A DNA stretch of 64,000 nucleotides from Chrysomallon squamiferum (GCA_012295275.1 CM022665.1:24366001-24430000); one strand, 5' to 3'. Numbered from the stretch's first letter, positions 25,308 to 40,300 are shown. The notes: generated from the sequence alone by a model not told the origin. Numbers and translations are program-made.

Positions 25308-26030
25308 ATGAAGCGAAAGTGTTTGGAATTGTCAGATAAATCTGGTCTCCCAGTTAAAGAAAATGGGACTAATCCGTGCAGTACTTTTACGAGTCTCAAA
25401 AGAGAAAGAAAACGTCGCAGGAGAGATACTGAAATAGAAACCTGGAACATGTTTGCGGATTCTTTCGACTGGGACCAGTTTTGTAGTTACAGCTGTGATA
25501 TCGGTGCAGATTCTGAACAAAATGTATCTGCTTGCGTATGTAAGGATTTTGATGATACAGATACCCTAAAAACTGATTCTAGTATTAGTGTTAAAAATTG
25601 CACCATTCAAGACTCTTTAGACAGCCTGAGGTCCAATTTAATAGGACTCGGAATGACGCCCTCGCGTCGTTTTGAAAACAGTATGCGTCGAAGATTTAGG
25701 AAAACTGACGAAAAAGAGCGAATAAAGGCGAAAATCTCGCTGAATCTGAAAGCGGAGGAGGAGAGCGAACTGCAGAGAAAGGAAGATGTTTTATCAAGGG
25801 TCAGCGAAGTTATACGTACACCCCATAAAAACATTCCTTCAGTACGGACGCAAAAACCAGTCATCGACAGAAAAGTAGGAAAAGGAAAATCGGGAACCAG
25901 CATATTCCGCTGGTTTAAAGCCACTAGCAGAAAACGCCTGCACCTTTCTAGAGGTCGTTCAAAGAAATTTCACATCTCAAAAGTCGAAGCGGAGGATGCT
26001 GTAAAACCGATGTCGTTTTGTATGTTCTAA
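25308..26030 (+). CDS. Orphan MKRK-family protein E (240 aa)
   Basis: agaATG start; MKRK and KRERKRRRR NLS; CVC; MTPSR; GTSIFRWFK (7/8 identical to ORF B GSSIFRWF); ATTAAA at 26267. Confidence 0.85.
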   Translation: MKRKCLELSDKSGLPVKENGTNPCSTFTSLKRERKRRRRDTEIETWNMFADSFDWDQFCSYSCDIGADSEQNVSACVCKDFDDTDTLKTDSSISVKNCTIQDSLDSLRSNLIGLGMTPSRRFENSMRRRFRKTDEKERIKAKISLNLKAEEESELQRKEDVLSRVSEVIRTPHKNIPSVRTQKPVIDRKVGKGKSGTSIFRWFKATSRKRLHLSRGRSKKFHISKVEAEDAVKPMSFCMF

Positions 26031-27103
26031 GCTGTTGTGTTATGATTTAAAATTCTGTTTCTCAACAAAACCAACTGAAATATCCTATCTTAGCTGATGC
26101 TGCATTTCTGAAGATATTTTCTTTACGACTGTTACAACATATAATTCAGAGGACACTTTCGAACAATTCTTAAAGTGCTATTTCTATAAAATAGTGTCTA
26201 TGGCAGTTTCCTATGTTTTGTATTGTACATATATTATGATATGATAAGAACTGTACAAATGTTCATATTAAACTATATGTTAAAACTGTTTGCGCCTTCA
26301 ATTTTATTTCTTTAGACATTGTTAGTATTTCTTCCTTTTTATCACTGTATATTTCCGATAGATAAAAAAAAAAAAAAAAAAAATAAAGCTACATGAATAT
26401 TACAGTAAAATGTATCCAAATGACAGTTTCGAAGTAAAATGCCCTGGTATACAGTCACTATCAATTTTAAATTGTGCCACTTTATATACAAAACAGCTAC
26501 TAATATTAATAATATGTTATTTTACAAACCATTTTTACAGTGATGTCAATGTAATATATTTTATTTTACTTTTCCCTATTATATACAAAATCGAAACATA
26601 ATGTTCTTAAACTAAACTAAACTAAACTAAAATAAAATAAAATAAAATAAAATAAAATAATAAATAAATAATTTACCTATTTTTAGCTATAAATATTCTT
26701 AAATTTAAAATACAAAATTATTACTTTGAAAAGACAGAAAATGATAATTTTCGGGTTTTATCACTGTTTGTAACAGATACAGGTACAGTGAACAGAGTCA
26801 CGTATCGGATATTTAAACATCTATAATCTTAACTAGTACAGTGTCGTTTGATGCACCTCGCGTATATATAAAAAAAATAATAATAATAAAAAAAAAATAG
26901 GAAAGATAAGTGGTGTGAGATCACGATAATACGAGACCACACGTTAACAATGTCTGACAAAAGTCATAGTAAAGATTTATATCAACATCGTACTACGTGA
27001 CGATAGTCAAATAGTGTTTGTTACTTTGATAATATTAATATACACACACACAGGCATTCTCTTCAGCTCGCTTTATCTTTCTGTCTTGAATCAGATCATT
27101 CAG

Positions 27104-27106
<3 letters not shown>

Positions 27107-27178
<72 letters not shown>
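27107..27178. repeat. (TC)n microsatellite
   Basis: Direct reading. Confidence 0.95.
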
Positions 27179-27182
<4 letters not shown>

Positions 27183-27833
27183 ATATTTCCAAATTAATCA
27201 TTTAATTTATCAAATTTAGATTAATGATTTATTACTGTTTTAAAAAGTTTCTATAAAGTAATAATCTTATTCGTTTGATGATAATAGCTATAAAATTTGG
27301 GCTCTTTGAAGCATTTGCATTTATGGGCTTTGTAGATTATTTTCCAACTGATTAAAAAGTTTGTGTGTAAATATTGAGAGGGATAGAGAAGAAGAGAAAC
27401 AAAGCATTTACGTGCAAACAATCTGATATCTAACCAGGTGCGGATCTGTTATGCAGCTAATATAGAGTAAGCTTCAGGGTCCCATATTGCTTCAAACTTT
27501 TCATCCAAATCTGAGAGGCCGAAGTAAAAAAATAAATAAAAATAACAAATAAAATGTGATCTGTCGTGGTTGCGACATAAAATCTAACATAAAAAGTTTA
27601 GACTGTAGAAGTCGGTTAATTTGGCTTTCTGTAATGAAGACAGAACGAAAGCTGTTAATAAAAACTTACATCATTAAAATTAAGATTTCTAACAATGAAT
27701 ATTATGGTGCCAAAAAACAGGATTATAAATCTGAGAGATGGAAACTGGCCAAATAACGAATGCATATAAACACTGGCATATATACGTCAATTGGGTAACA
27801 CGTATTTAAACATTGATATTAAAAACTCTGTTT

Positions 27834-27864
<31 letters not shown>

Positions 27865-28575
27865 TTCATTTATTTCTGATGGGATCGTTTTCTTCGAGTA
27901 TATTTCTGTTTATATTTATTTATTCATTCATTCATTTATTTTTGATGGGATCGTTTGGGATTTCTGTTATTTTTCTCCTTTTTTGATCGTATTTCATTCT
28001 ATTATTTTAATTTATTATCTTTTTTTAAAATTAAGATTTCTTTTTTTTCATATTTTATTTATTGTTTTCTTGTTGTTTCGACATTTCTTAGGAATATTTG
28101 GAGCTTTTTTTTATTATTTCAACAGCATTGTCTTCTTGACCTTTGAGCAATGTTTACTTAAAGATATTCGTCAAGATTGCTTAAGAATTAGAAATTAACG
28201 ATCACAACAATAAAAAAGAATAATACTTTAAATAAACAGAAGCATGCAGAGTATCATGATATTTGAAAGAAATCATTCAGCTACAGAGTGAGAGATAGAG
28301 TAGCGATGAGAGAAATATGTGTTTAGCAATAACCATTAGTTTAAAAATATAGAGCGTTTAGAGAAGATGCTTGATACAAAACATTATTTAAAGCAGATGA
28401 ATTAAAGTACTTTACTTTCAAAGATACAGATATACGTAAATAAGAAAGAACATACATACATATATAATATTAGCTAGCTAGCTAATTATCTAAATACCAT
28501 ATACATATACATACCCATATACACGCACGCACAGATATTCGTCTATGCATACACACATACGTACTCATATATAAA

Positions 28576-28715
<140 letters not shown>

Positions 28716-28961
28716 AAAGATAACTGCTGTTATAAATGTATTAATCCTATGTTTATTATCAGAGGTTTTTGTTTGTTTAAGTGTCGGCTTGACAGATATT
28801 TGAACAGTTCAGTGTCGATAAATGACTTCGCAATTTTGAAGATAGAAAAAAAAAACCACACCTGTGTTTATGATATCGATTATCTTTGTTTGTTTTTTCA
28901 GAATGACTGTTTGAATATACATAATATTATTTATTTTTATATTTTACTCTTTTTCAATCTT

Positions 28962-29040
<79 letters not shown>

Positions 29041-29143
29041 CTGTCTCTATTTCTCTATCTCTGATTTAACAAATCAGACACCAAATAATATTTTGCTATG
29101 ATCCCTACAGCCAAACTATGGACAGTTATCAAAAATTATTAAT

Positions 29144-29167
29144 GATACCAAGACATCATTTTTCCTC
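29144..29167 (-). repeat. 24-bp exact copy of the 5' coding start of ORF F
   Basis: gataccaagacatcatttttcctc is identical to 30040-30063. Confidence 0.8.
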
Positions 29168-29381
29168 GTCAGACGGACAAAATCAAAAAATATATTATCA
29201 TAAACAACAAAAAATATTTTAGTTTTATATTTTACTAACAAATTAATTAATATACAGTACATATAGATTTACAGATAAAATCATTTTGAAATGCTTGTGT
29301 CATAAGATATCAAAACAAACATTATAAAGCACTATTAACACGCGATCAAACAGATCTTAGAAAATGTCATAATCAAATTCT

Positions 29382-30068
29382 TCATTTCTTCTTTACTCTG
29401 AGCTTCTTGTTTTGTTTCTGATTTCGAATCCAGCGAACAAAATTGGTTCCAAATTTCAAAACCTTGTTCACTTTTCTCGGCCGAAATGTTGGCAGTCGCG
29501 CATGTTCACTGAGCATGTTTGCTGCACATAATATATCATTTGTCTGCTTTTCCGTGGATTCCATGTTTCCGGAAATGTTATTTCCCTTCGACTTCGCTCG
29601 TTCTAATAAGTCCCCTCTGTTGTGCATGTAAGTGATAGTCTGGCAAACAAATCGGTTAAATTTGGAAGGAGACATCACCGCAGATGTTTTAATGCTTGCG
29701 TGAAGATCCTTTAGATTTTGATAAAACATCTGGTCCTTCGTGTCACTGCATCCGTACTTGACATCGTTGAATGTCAGACAGAAAATACACTGACACTGCT
29801 TCAGCCGCGAGTCAGTGCTTAACGCCGCCATGTCAAGAAACGGCGGAGAGCTTTCTTCAGAGCCGTCTTGTTTTGTCTTTTGAATGTTACTTGTTAACGA
29901 ACTAGAATCTACATCTGGAAAATCTTGACATGAAAAACTTAAGTCATCCGCTTCGTCATCACTTAAAGGATAATCCACTAACGGTACCACGATGTCGTCG
30001 TCATCAACATCGTCGATGCGACATCGTTTACCATCTCCGGATACCAAGACATCATTTTTCCTCTTCAT
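29382..30068 (-). CDS. Orphan MKRK-family protein F (228 aa)
   Basis: aaaATG start; MKRK-x9-KRCR; VPLVDYPLSDDE; CQCIFC; MSPSK; GTNFVRWIR plus basic tail; TATAAATA at 30198-30205 on the same strand. Confidence 0.85.
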   Translation of the reverse strand: MKRKNDVLVSGDGKRCRIDDVDDDDIVVPLVDYPLSDDEADDLSFSCQDFPDVDSSSLTSNIQKTKQDGSEESSPPFLDMAALSTDSRLKQCQCIFCLTFNDVKYGCSDTKDQMFYQNLKDLHASIKTSAVMSPSKFNRFVCQTITYMHNRGDLLERAKSKGNNISGNMESTEKQTNDILCAANMLSEHARLPTFRPRKVNKVLKFGTNFVRWIRNQKQNKKLRVKKK

Positions 30069-30197
30069 TTTTAAGCTAGGTATTGTAGAAATCCTATGTC
30101 AAAATATATCAGGGTCGCAGGTTACAATTTTGTATGAATTTTGCTTACTGTTTCAGATGCTGATTTCAAATGTAATAACAATGTAAGAGTCTTCTGT

Positions 30198-30205
30198 TAT
30201 TTATA
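30198..30205 (-). promoter_or_regulatory. TATA box of ORF F
   Basis: TATAAATA 130 nt upstream of the ATG. Confidence 0.5.
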
Positions 30206-30884
30206 AGGATACAAGGATAGAAACGGTGTGGATAATTTGATCATCAAACCAATTGCAAGAGCAACTCCATGATTACAAAATCAGCGGGATTGTAATTAGT
30301 ATTAATAAAGATAGCTTTGTTTTCACAGTTTTTGCTAATTACTTGTTTCAGATTTTGCCGGTATCAAGTAATGAAATCAGGTTAAACAATGGACAATTAA
30401 TAAAAGGTAGAAAAGGTTGTCAGACTAATAGAAATACTTGCTAGACATTTCATTTTTAAAACCCAGCATCTTTTGATCTTATCAAAAAAGAACAAAAGCT
30501 AATTATGAAAAAAGGGCCTAAATTAATGCGAAGTTACTGTTTTTTTAATTTTTCGCTTTTCTAATTTTGTGGCAATTTTAATTATGTAAGCTCGTCATTT
30601 GTTTAATTTATAAAATTAGTCTGGTCTTAAAATTTATTTATTTATTTATTTTACAGTTGTAAACTTTAAACATATATATATTTTTTTCTTTATTTGTATT
30701 AAAATACCTCTTTAACGAAAAAATACCTCTTTGATGCGTTTTAAACAGTAATTGAAAACGTATTATACTGTATATTTCGTTCCATAATAGGAAGCAAATT
30801 AAATTTTATTAAAGATTACTCATATGCAGCATTTTATTTTATGTTTTAGAAATAAAGTATGAATGAACAAAAACCCAAACAAAT

Positions 30885-31044
<160 letters not shown>

Positions 31045-31574
31045 CTTTTAGTAAATAATTTGTCGCAAAGATAAAACAAAACCATCATGGCAAATACTCA
31101 ATTCATTGCTAAGTGCATCTAACACAAATTATTCAGACATCTAAAAAAAGTTAATTATCTGTTTTATTGTTACGTGTATCTGTTTAAAATGACTCTTCAA
31201 TTCTATATATACTTTCATAGCAGTGATCTAAAATGACACAGACATTCTGTTGGCTGGTTGCAGCAGCTCTCGTAATGTCTTGTGATAAATATTTGCCCTG
31301 GACAGAAGACTTTTAGCCTTAACACGTGAGCAACGCCTTACACGGTGTTGCCGCTGCCACTGGAGCCAAACGGGGTCAGTGATACAGTGGAAGAGAGATA
31401 ACTAAAATTAGATAAAGATTATAAATTAACTCCTGCCAAAATGTTCATGCTAACTATACCGTATGAAACCAGCTGTTTGGAAAAAATGAAACGTGACTTA
31501 TTCAGCGGCAGACCCATAGTTGAAAAGGGGAAGATTTTGAATGATACTTTCCTGCAGTGTTTGCTATGTTATGG

Positions 31575-31618
31575 TTTTATTTTTATTTTTATTTTTTTTT
31601 TTTTTTTGTTTGTTTTTT

Positions 31619-31654
<36 letters not shown>

Positions 31655-31657
31655 CTT

Positions 31658-31716
<59 letters not shown>

Positions 31717-34198
31717 TATTATTATTTATTGCTATTTAGGGATTTTTTTTTACAATCCGATTTAAAAAAAAAAAAAAATTATTTCATTCAACCCTCTTGG
31801 TTTTTTTTTGTTTGTTATTTATTTTTTGTTTGTTTGTTTTTTTTTTGTTTTGTTTTTGTTTTGTTTTGGTTTCATGTTGTTTTGGAGAAAGTAGATCTTT
31901 ATTTTATATAATTTTCTGCTATTACATTATTATTTCTTTATTACTTCCCACTGCATGTTTTTTTTTTTTTTTATTCTTTTGTTAATTTATTTCTTCCTCT
32001 GAATGTTTTTCCCCCACCTCTTCTGTTGTTATTATCATCTTCTCTTTCTCATGCTATCATTATTTTCAATTAGCTTTATCGTTTTCCCTGCAAGGTAGCT
32101 AGAGACTAACAATAAATATTAAATAAGGAACTAATTCTGATATCAAACCATGTAACACAAAACTATATTTAAAAAATAATTACTTGTAATAAAGATCGAG
32201 TGGAAGATATAAACAAAACACTTTAATTTACATCATACAATTAAGATAAAGGCTGATAGCTAAAAGAAAATGGCGCCCAAAAAAATAAATATACACACAC
32301 ACACACACATACACACACATACAAAAAGTTATGTAAGTTACTAATATTTTATTTTCAGTTAAATTCTTTTTTGTGTCTTTCAATACTACTGGATACAGTC
32401 ATCTGTTCCTTTCTTCTGTTCACCTTTCTTATTGTTTTTGCTTTCTTTTTCCTTTTGCTTTTATCATTATTATCAATTTATTGTTTTCAGTATTAACCAT
32501 TAGCGTTAAATATTTTTCGTAGAAACAAGTGAGAAACATTATTAATATTAAAACAAATCAACAGATGGAACCAATTCTGAAATAAGTGCACACGTTTTCT
32601 TATGTTGTATATTTATTTTATTTTTCTTTCCTTCTTCTTTTTTTTATTTTTATATTTTTATATTTTTCTTCTGAAAGAGCTAAGGGAAGCTGTAAATAAA
32701 ACAAAGCTGTTGGAAGATATCTAATAATAGATGTTATGGCACCAACAAACAAAAGAAATATAGCAAAGAAGAAAAAAATAAAGAAAGAAAGACAAACAAA
32801 CCAAAAGACAGAAAGTAAGACGCAAAGAAAGAAACAAACAAGAAAATAAAAACTAAGCTGGATAGGTAGACTGAGAGACAAAGAGACAGACAGACATATA
32901 GACAGACTATATATATATTCACATACATATATACGTATGTGCATATATATATATATATATGTAGATAGATAGATAGACAGATACATACATACATACGTTC
33001 ATATGTAGACAGATAGATAAGCAGACTGACAGATGAACAGAGAAATAAATACACAGATAAATAGATAAGACAGTTTTTCTTGTCAAATCGGTCTAATAAT
33101 AATAATTATAATAATAATAATAATAATAATAGTAGTAGTAATAGTAGTAGTAATAGAAGTGGTAGTAGTAATAGTAATAGTAATAATAGTAATTGTAATA
33201 ATAATAATTATATTACATTTATTGCAATATATAATAATTATTATTATTATTATATATTGCAATAATAACAATAAATGTGGGAAAGGGCAGGAGTTTTAAT
33301 AATTGTCTCGTTGTTGTATTGAATACATCGTAATTCGGAAAGAAGCGTTTATCTCTTTTAAGTGCATAAAGGTTAACTAAATGTTAGACCATATTTTTTT
33401 TTTTTTTTTTTTTTTTTTTCGATGTAATACAGTTACACGATATTTTTAGCTCGATGTCTATTGCGTTTTTGTAATATTATTTATTATTCATAAATTAAGT
33501 AATTTTATTATTATTATTATTGTTGTTGTTGTTGTAGTTACAAATAGTTATAGAAGTAGCTGCAGAAGTAGTAGTAACAGCAATAGCAGTAAAAATAGGA
33601 AGAGGAGGAGAAAAAGCAGTAACAACAGTCGTCGTTGTCGTAGTAGTAGTAGTGGTAATGGTGGTGGTTGTTACAGTAGTAGAAGTTGCAGTAGTTAAAG
33701 TAAAAATGCTGGCAGCAATATTAGTGACAGTAACAAAGGTTAGTATTTCACGTACTGGTGGTTTTATTGTTGTTGTTATGTTTGTTATTAATATCAATAT
33801 TAAATTCTTATTCTCATGTAAATGCATTTGAGTAAACAAGCATGGGCTGAGAAATATTATTAAATATTACTTCATTTTATGACTTATTGCATCACCTTGT
33901 TTCTTTAGATCAATAATTTGTTTTAAAAACACCTCAGTGAAAATACGTGAGTACACGTATCTGCGTAGCCGGATTTACATGTAAAACCAACGCCATGTGT
34001 TTTCAAGTTCAGTAAATCATCTCGTATTATCTTGCGTGGTTATTTAACGGACCACTGGTTGTGTTAGTCGGAGATAGCTCGTAAATAAATCACATTGTCG
34101 TATCAAAGTCACAGTTCTTGTTACGTTTACTTCTCGTAAACTATACTGCAACCTGTTGCGTTTGCCAAGGTGAACAGACCAATATTTGTGCGTAGAGG

Positions 34199-34284
<86 letters not shown>

Positions 34285-34480
34285 AACAAACAAAAAAGAA
34301 AGATTAAAAAAGAAATGTAAAGGGAAATAAATGAATAATTATTTATCTGGATATATTGAAGGATAATTGGATGGATAGATGGACGAATGAATGGATGAAT
34401 AGATCGATGACTGGATAGATAGACAGACAGACAGACAGATAGATAGACTGATAGATAGAGATAGATTGATAGAGATGCAT

Positions 34481-34563
<83 letters not shown>

Positions 34564-34594
34564 TAAATAGATTGATAGAGAGAAAGAAAGAATA

Positions 34595-34625
<31 letters not shown>

Positions 34626-35860
34626 AAGAGATAGTTGATTAGGTAATTAGATGGATGATGTTCATTAATAAACGAATACTAGTATACATCGTGGCACTGG
34701 TAATAATATTTGTAGTAGCAGTAAAAGCGGGAGCAGCAGTAGCAGTAACTTTGTGGTTATGCAGTAGTAATTGTAGCAGGAGTAGATGTGGTTGTTGTGA
34801 TTGTGGTAGCAGAAGATTTGACTGTAGCAGCAGTATTAAAAGTAATAATCGAAGCAGTAGTATTAGCAGCATGGAAATAGCAGTAATAAAGAAAATAATG
34901 ATAGTAAAAAAGGTAGCTGTAAATGGTTTTATTTGAATTCATTGATATGATCATTTTAAAGAGCAACAATCTACGCGGAAAGAAATACTATTCATATTAC
35001 TATATTCTTTAGTCATTTAAAAAATTATCGCCCTTATAATTTGTAATAATTCGTGTCTTGAATTAGCCAGTGATGCTAGAAAATTCTACCGTAGACAATT
35101 CGATTTGAGCACACGCTAGTTTCAATATGACGAACACATTTTATTTGCCCATATGTTCAAATGGTACTTGAACCGAAGAGGAAGAGAAAGAAAATGCGAA
35201 ACCAACTAATACTCACTTTTCTCTCAGATTCTTGTTTTATCATTATAATTTTGCATCTTTTTATCAATTTTGTATTTATAAATTTATATCTTTTTTTTTT
35301 TTTCTTATTTTGTTTGTTTGTTTGTTTTTACTCTTTTGTTGTTTCAAATGACTGAATATTTCTGGAATCGTTTTGTTAATTCCAATTTATTAATTTTTAT
35401 TTATATCTCTCCTTAGGAATTTATTTTAGAGCTTTTGGGGGATTCCCCCCCCCCCTTTTTCGGGGGTTATTATTGTTGCTAGTGTTGTTGTTGTTGTTAT
35501 TATTATTATTTGTAGTAGTAGTAATAGTTGTTGATATAGTGATAGCAATAACAATAGTAATAGCGATAGTAATAGTAGTAGTTGTAGTAGTGTGTAGCAG
35601 CAGCAAGGGTATGTTTTAGAGGTAGTAATGTTATAAGTAGTTATAACAGTGGTGTATATTTTAGTTTTATTTTCTATTTCTTTGTTGCGGTCTTTTTATA
35701 TTTTATTTTTAGTGGGTGTTCTAGTATTTTTCTTCTTAATGTATGTGTATGTATTTCTTTATATCTTTTTGATTGTTTTTATTATTATTATTATATATTT
35801 CTTTTCATGTTATTTATTTATTCATTTTTTTTTTTTATTATTATTATTATTTTTTTTTTA
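31575..35860. repeat. Zone dense in simple repeats (TTG/TTC/TTA, AAT, GTA, GATA/GACA, GA)
   Basis: Multiple compound microsatellites; explains most ORF-track entries here. Confidence 0.8.
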
Positions 35861-37282
35861 ATTGTATATTTATTTGAGAAATGGATGGAATATCAGCGTG
35901 TGTTCCAGAAACAAGCTTATTGTTATGTCAAAATCTGCTTTCTTTTCCCGATTAACAAATTAATGTTTTGAGCAGAGAAGTATTTTTTATATCTTTGAAA
36001 TTATGTTCCATAAACAGTTCGTTTAAATGGGGAGTATTGTAATGTATGTCATTCTGCCCCGTAGTAGACTGGCACCAAATATATGCAGCAGTATCAGCGT
36101 TATCAGTAGCAGAAACCAGTGGCTGCGGCGCAGTGGAAAAGAGGTCACGGGTTGAAAACGATTGGCACCAGTCGTACATAAAAACATCAACTCATCACTT
36201 ACCTGTTTGTATCCTACTAGCCAAGATTATCCAAGAGCCTAACTGAAAAAGAAAGTCAACGTAAGATCGTTAACAAGGTAAGAATATTATTTCATTTTTA
36301 AAAAAAAAAATACTTTTAGGACAATAACTTTGAGGAATTTACTCAAGTTCTATTTTTTTTTTTTTTTTTTTTTAATGACTACAGTGCCACGGTTTAAACT
36401 GATCCACATCGTTCTTAAAACTATATGGTATGTGGAGCCTTGTCGTGATAAGTTTGTCTTCAGGTTATTTGGTGAATAGCCTATATGGTATGGAAATATG
36501 AGTGAATGTTTAAAGGAACCTCAACAAATCTGTTTTAATGTTTATTAGGTGTCAAAGTTTTATTGCAATATCATTATAACAGTGGGGAAAATGTTCTTTT
36601 AAATGCATTTTCCTTTAAACACGAAAGTAGAAACCAAAGAAAACCAGTGGCTTTTGTTGTAAACGGATATGAATAGTTTGTGAAAGAGCAAATAGAGAAA
36701 TGAATTTAATTTATTAGCAATGATATATTTCTACTACCAATTTTAAAAAAGTACTTATATATTTATATATATAAAGCCAAGCATATAAACACTGACATAC
36801 ATATGCATAAAAACGTACATAAGTATATTCATATATACATATATACATACATATAAACATATAATCATACACATTCTATATGCACATGTATACGCAAACA
36901 ACCATAAATATATTCGTACATTCATATGTACATGCGTGCATAAGTATGATACAGGAAGAAGACGAAGAAGAAGAGAGAGAGAGAGAGTCAGTGAAACACA
37001 GACTTATGAAGCTAAAAAGAACAAAACAAAGGTCAGTTAGCAACAGTTTCATTGAGCCTGCTGGACTGTTGACAGATAGACTGTAATAAAGATGGGCGAG
37101 GTTTTTCGTGGTTTATAGGTAACATTATTATTGCTATATCTGCAACAATATGCAGTGTGGGGAATGTGCAGTATTTCAGCGTGGCAGAAACTGATAGCTG
37201 TGTTTTCAAGCAATGTTTCCAGATGTTTTGTTTTTACTGTAGCATCTTTAACAAGAATGTGTCAGGTAGTGAAAAAAATACA

Positions 37283-37324
<42 letters not shown>

Positions 37325-40300
37325 ATAGCAATAATAACAATAATAAATAATAAATGCAACAACAACAACAACAGTAACAACAACAACAACAACAATAATA
37401 ATAATAATAACCTCCATCATTAGGGGGAAATTGATTTTGTGATAGTCAGGTGACAAATTTAATTAACTCTGTGATTATTACAAAATCGTACAGATGTAAC
37501 ATTTGATTCTGTTCATATATGTTGAAACATGATCCCACGCGCTTGAAACAACAGTTCCCAGAGGCAAAACTCAGATATTCTTATATTTTAAGTGACAATA
37601 AAGGTAATCTAATTTTGTTGTAAATACAATTATAGCTGTATGAACGTTAATACTTTCTGCAAGAAAACGAGCTTTTTGACATTTTTACAAGATTTTATTA
37701 TCGTTTCAGGAGAAAGATAGATGTCTTGTTTAATTAGACTGTAATAAGTTGGTAGGTTCTAGACAAATATCGCTATAGTGGTCTATGGCTATGTCTAACA
37801 TGCAGTGATTTTTACAGTAACTAATTTATTTTAAAAATTAAAGAAAAAAAATTATTTCTATAATGCTGTGTTCTTGCAACATAACGTATGGTCAACTGGA
37901 CCCCAAATTTGTCATGTTGTAGTTAGCCCATTACCAAATCTAACAATCTACGTTTAGATTATATTGCGACTGTAATGTTGGAAATGAATAATATAAATAT
38001 CATTTATAAATACACTTTCTTGTCATCGTTTTATTTGTTAAAATGTACCAAACCTTAGCAAATAATAAAGTGTAACAAGAAATTATGAAAGCAACATCAC
38101 AAAGATGAGAAATTCACAAGTAAAATATTTTAATATACAAAACAGTTAGTTCGGATTCATATGATAATTACTGTTGTTTCACTTATAATTATTCTTTATC
38201 CCTAACTTTTTTCTTCAGTATACCTTCAACCATAACTGAAACAGAAGAATGAACAAAAGCATCAAATGACAATGTTACTTCATCAGTAATCAGTAATCTT
38301 GCCCGCAGCAGTATGTAATATATATATATATATATATAGGTTAATACAGCCATAAGTATATTCAAACGCTGAAGTTTTTTCATTATTGCGTAAGCTGAAG
38401 GTATGTAACCCTTCTAGGAAAATCTGAGCGAATTTTTTTTTTTAATCATATCAAACGACGGAAACTACATGAAATAGAATGAAACAGTATATAATTATCC
38501 ATTATTTACACAGGTCCCAGTTTCCTTGGTATATATTCCACAGAAGTAAAAAAATAAAAAATAATTGAGAATGACTGGTTTAATGCATAGTAATTATATT
38601 CTTCATTCTTCTTCTAAACTGTTGAGCTGGTGTCACATGGAAAAGCCAGTCTACAGGAGTTTTTCTCAGACGTGTGCAGTCAGCCATATCTAATTAAACT
38701 GTCATTAAACCAAAATCGAATATCAAGAATCCGAACACCAGAAAATCAACTGAAAAGTCTATAGAAGTCTGAGGGAAATTAATCTATTTACAATTACAAA
38801 CAATTATTATAATGCAGAGTTAATATGACACTTTATTAATTTTTAGAATCCTTTTTTTTTTTTTGATAACACAAACGAATATTACAACATTCTGAAATTT
38901 TATCTTCTGCTTCTTTTCAGTATTTTGTTATTATTTGTGTTGTTGTTGTATAAGTGTGTTTATATATGTGTGTAAGTGTATGTGTGTGTGCCTGTTTATG
39001 TGTATGTATATGTATGTATATGTGTGTGTGTGTGTGTGTTTAATTTATAAGTTAAATATATCGAAAATGTATTCTGATTTCAATTTTTACATTATTCTCT
39101 AATACGATTTAAAAAACAACAACAGCAACAACAAAAATCCCAACCATTTTTAAAAAAGAAGACAGCAAATGCGCTCTTATGAGTATACTTAACAAATAAA
39201 TTTTGGGATTATTAAATAATTTGATGTACAATAACAACTTTGCTTTTATGTCAGTTGTTCATGTTCACCAGATATTGTCGTTTCAGATGTGTTCATTATC
39301 CTTAACTCTCTTCTTTCTTTTTATTTTTTTTTTTTTTTTTTATCTTCTTTTTATGAGCACACGTCGAAATGAAAATTAAAATAAAACAACAAATGAACAA
39401 AAACGTTCATTAAAAATAACAACGCATTGCTAATCAATAATTATGTTCGTGTCAGTAAAATTCTGTGATGTGTAAACAATCTGAAATAGATGGAAAACCG
39501 ATATTAATGTAACTTGATAAATGCATTTTCCTTGTTGAGATTAAGTTTAATTAATATTATGGAACATTGTCCAAAATGTTTCCAGTTCAGATATAAATAG
39601 CCATTTTTTTTATGACATTCTCACAGCTTAACCTGATCTGAATCATTCAATTAATGGAGGAAGGAAACATATTCAAAGTAATCTAAGTGTCATTTAATTT
39701 CTGATATTCGAAATACTTTGTTTGTTTGTTCGTTCGTTTGTTCTTTGAATCTTAAGCCTGAAAATAAACTAAGTATGCATTTAATGAAAGAAGGAAATGC
39801 ACAGAATATAATTTAAGTTCCTATCAATTAATGTCCCACATTCCAAACAAACATCATCTGAACGTCAGTCAGTTTTTATGTAACAAATTCAAATTAATGC
39901 GCGCGCGTGTGTGTTTCTTATAATGTAGATATACATTACAAATGCATTTATCTAAAATGTGATATTTGTTTATCTATATTGAAATAAAACAAATCAGAAA
40001 TTGTAATTAGTAAACCAACAGTACTGATAATACAATCAGAATCGGCAGAAACGCAATAACCACAGTTTAACCTTCCGTTTCCTGACTATTTGGAACGATT
40101 ATGGAAGTGTATATTATTGGTCAAAAGACCATCTGTATGTTAACTGTAATTTCGATACTTCTCTGGTTAATGACCTCTTCGGTATTTTATAATCTATAGT
40201 CAAAACTGCTAATAAAAATGACGTTACTGCGGTTAGATTTCTTTAAAACTGCAATGCTAGTTCGCACGTACACTAAGGTGCGTACCATTATCAGGAATTC

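Noticed and set aside
27435-27520. CAGGTGCGGATCT hAT-like end (similar GC patch at ~54315-54355)
   Set aside because: No partner TIR or TSD found; too degraded to call.
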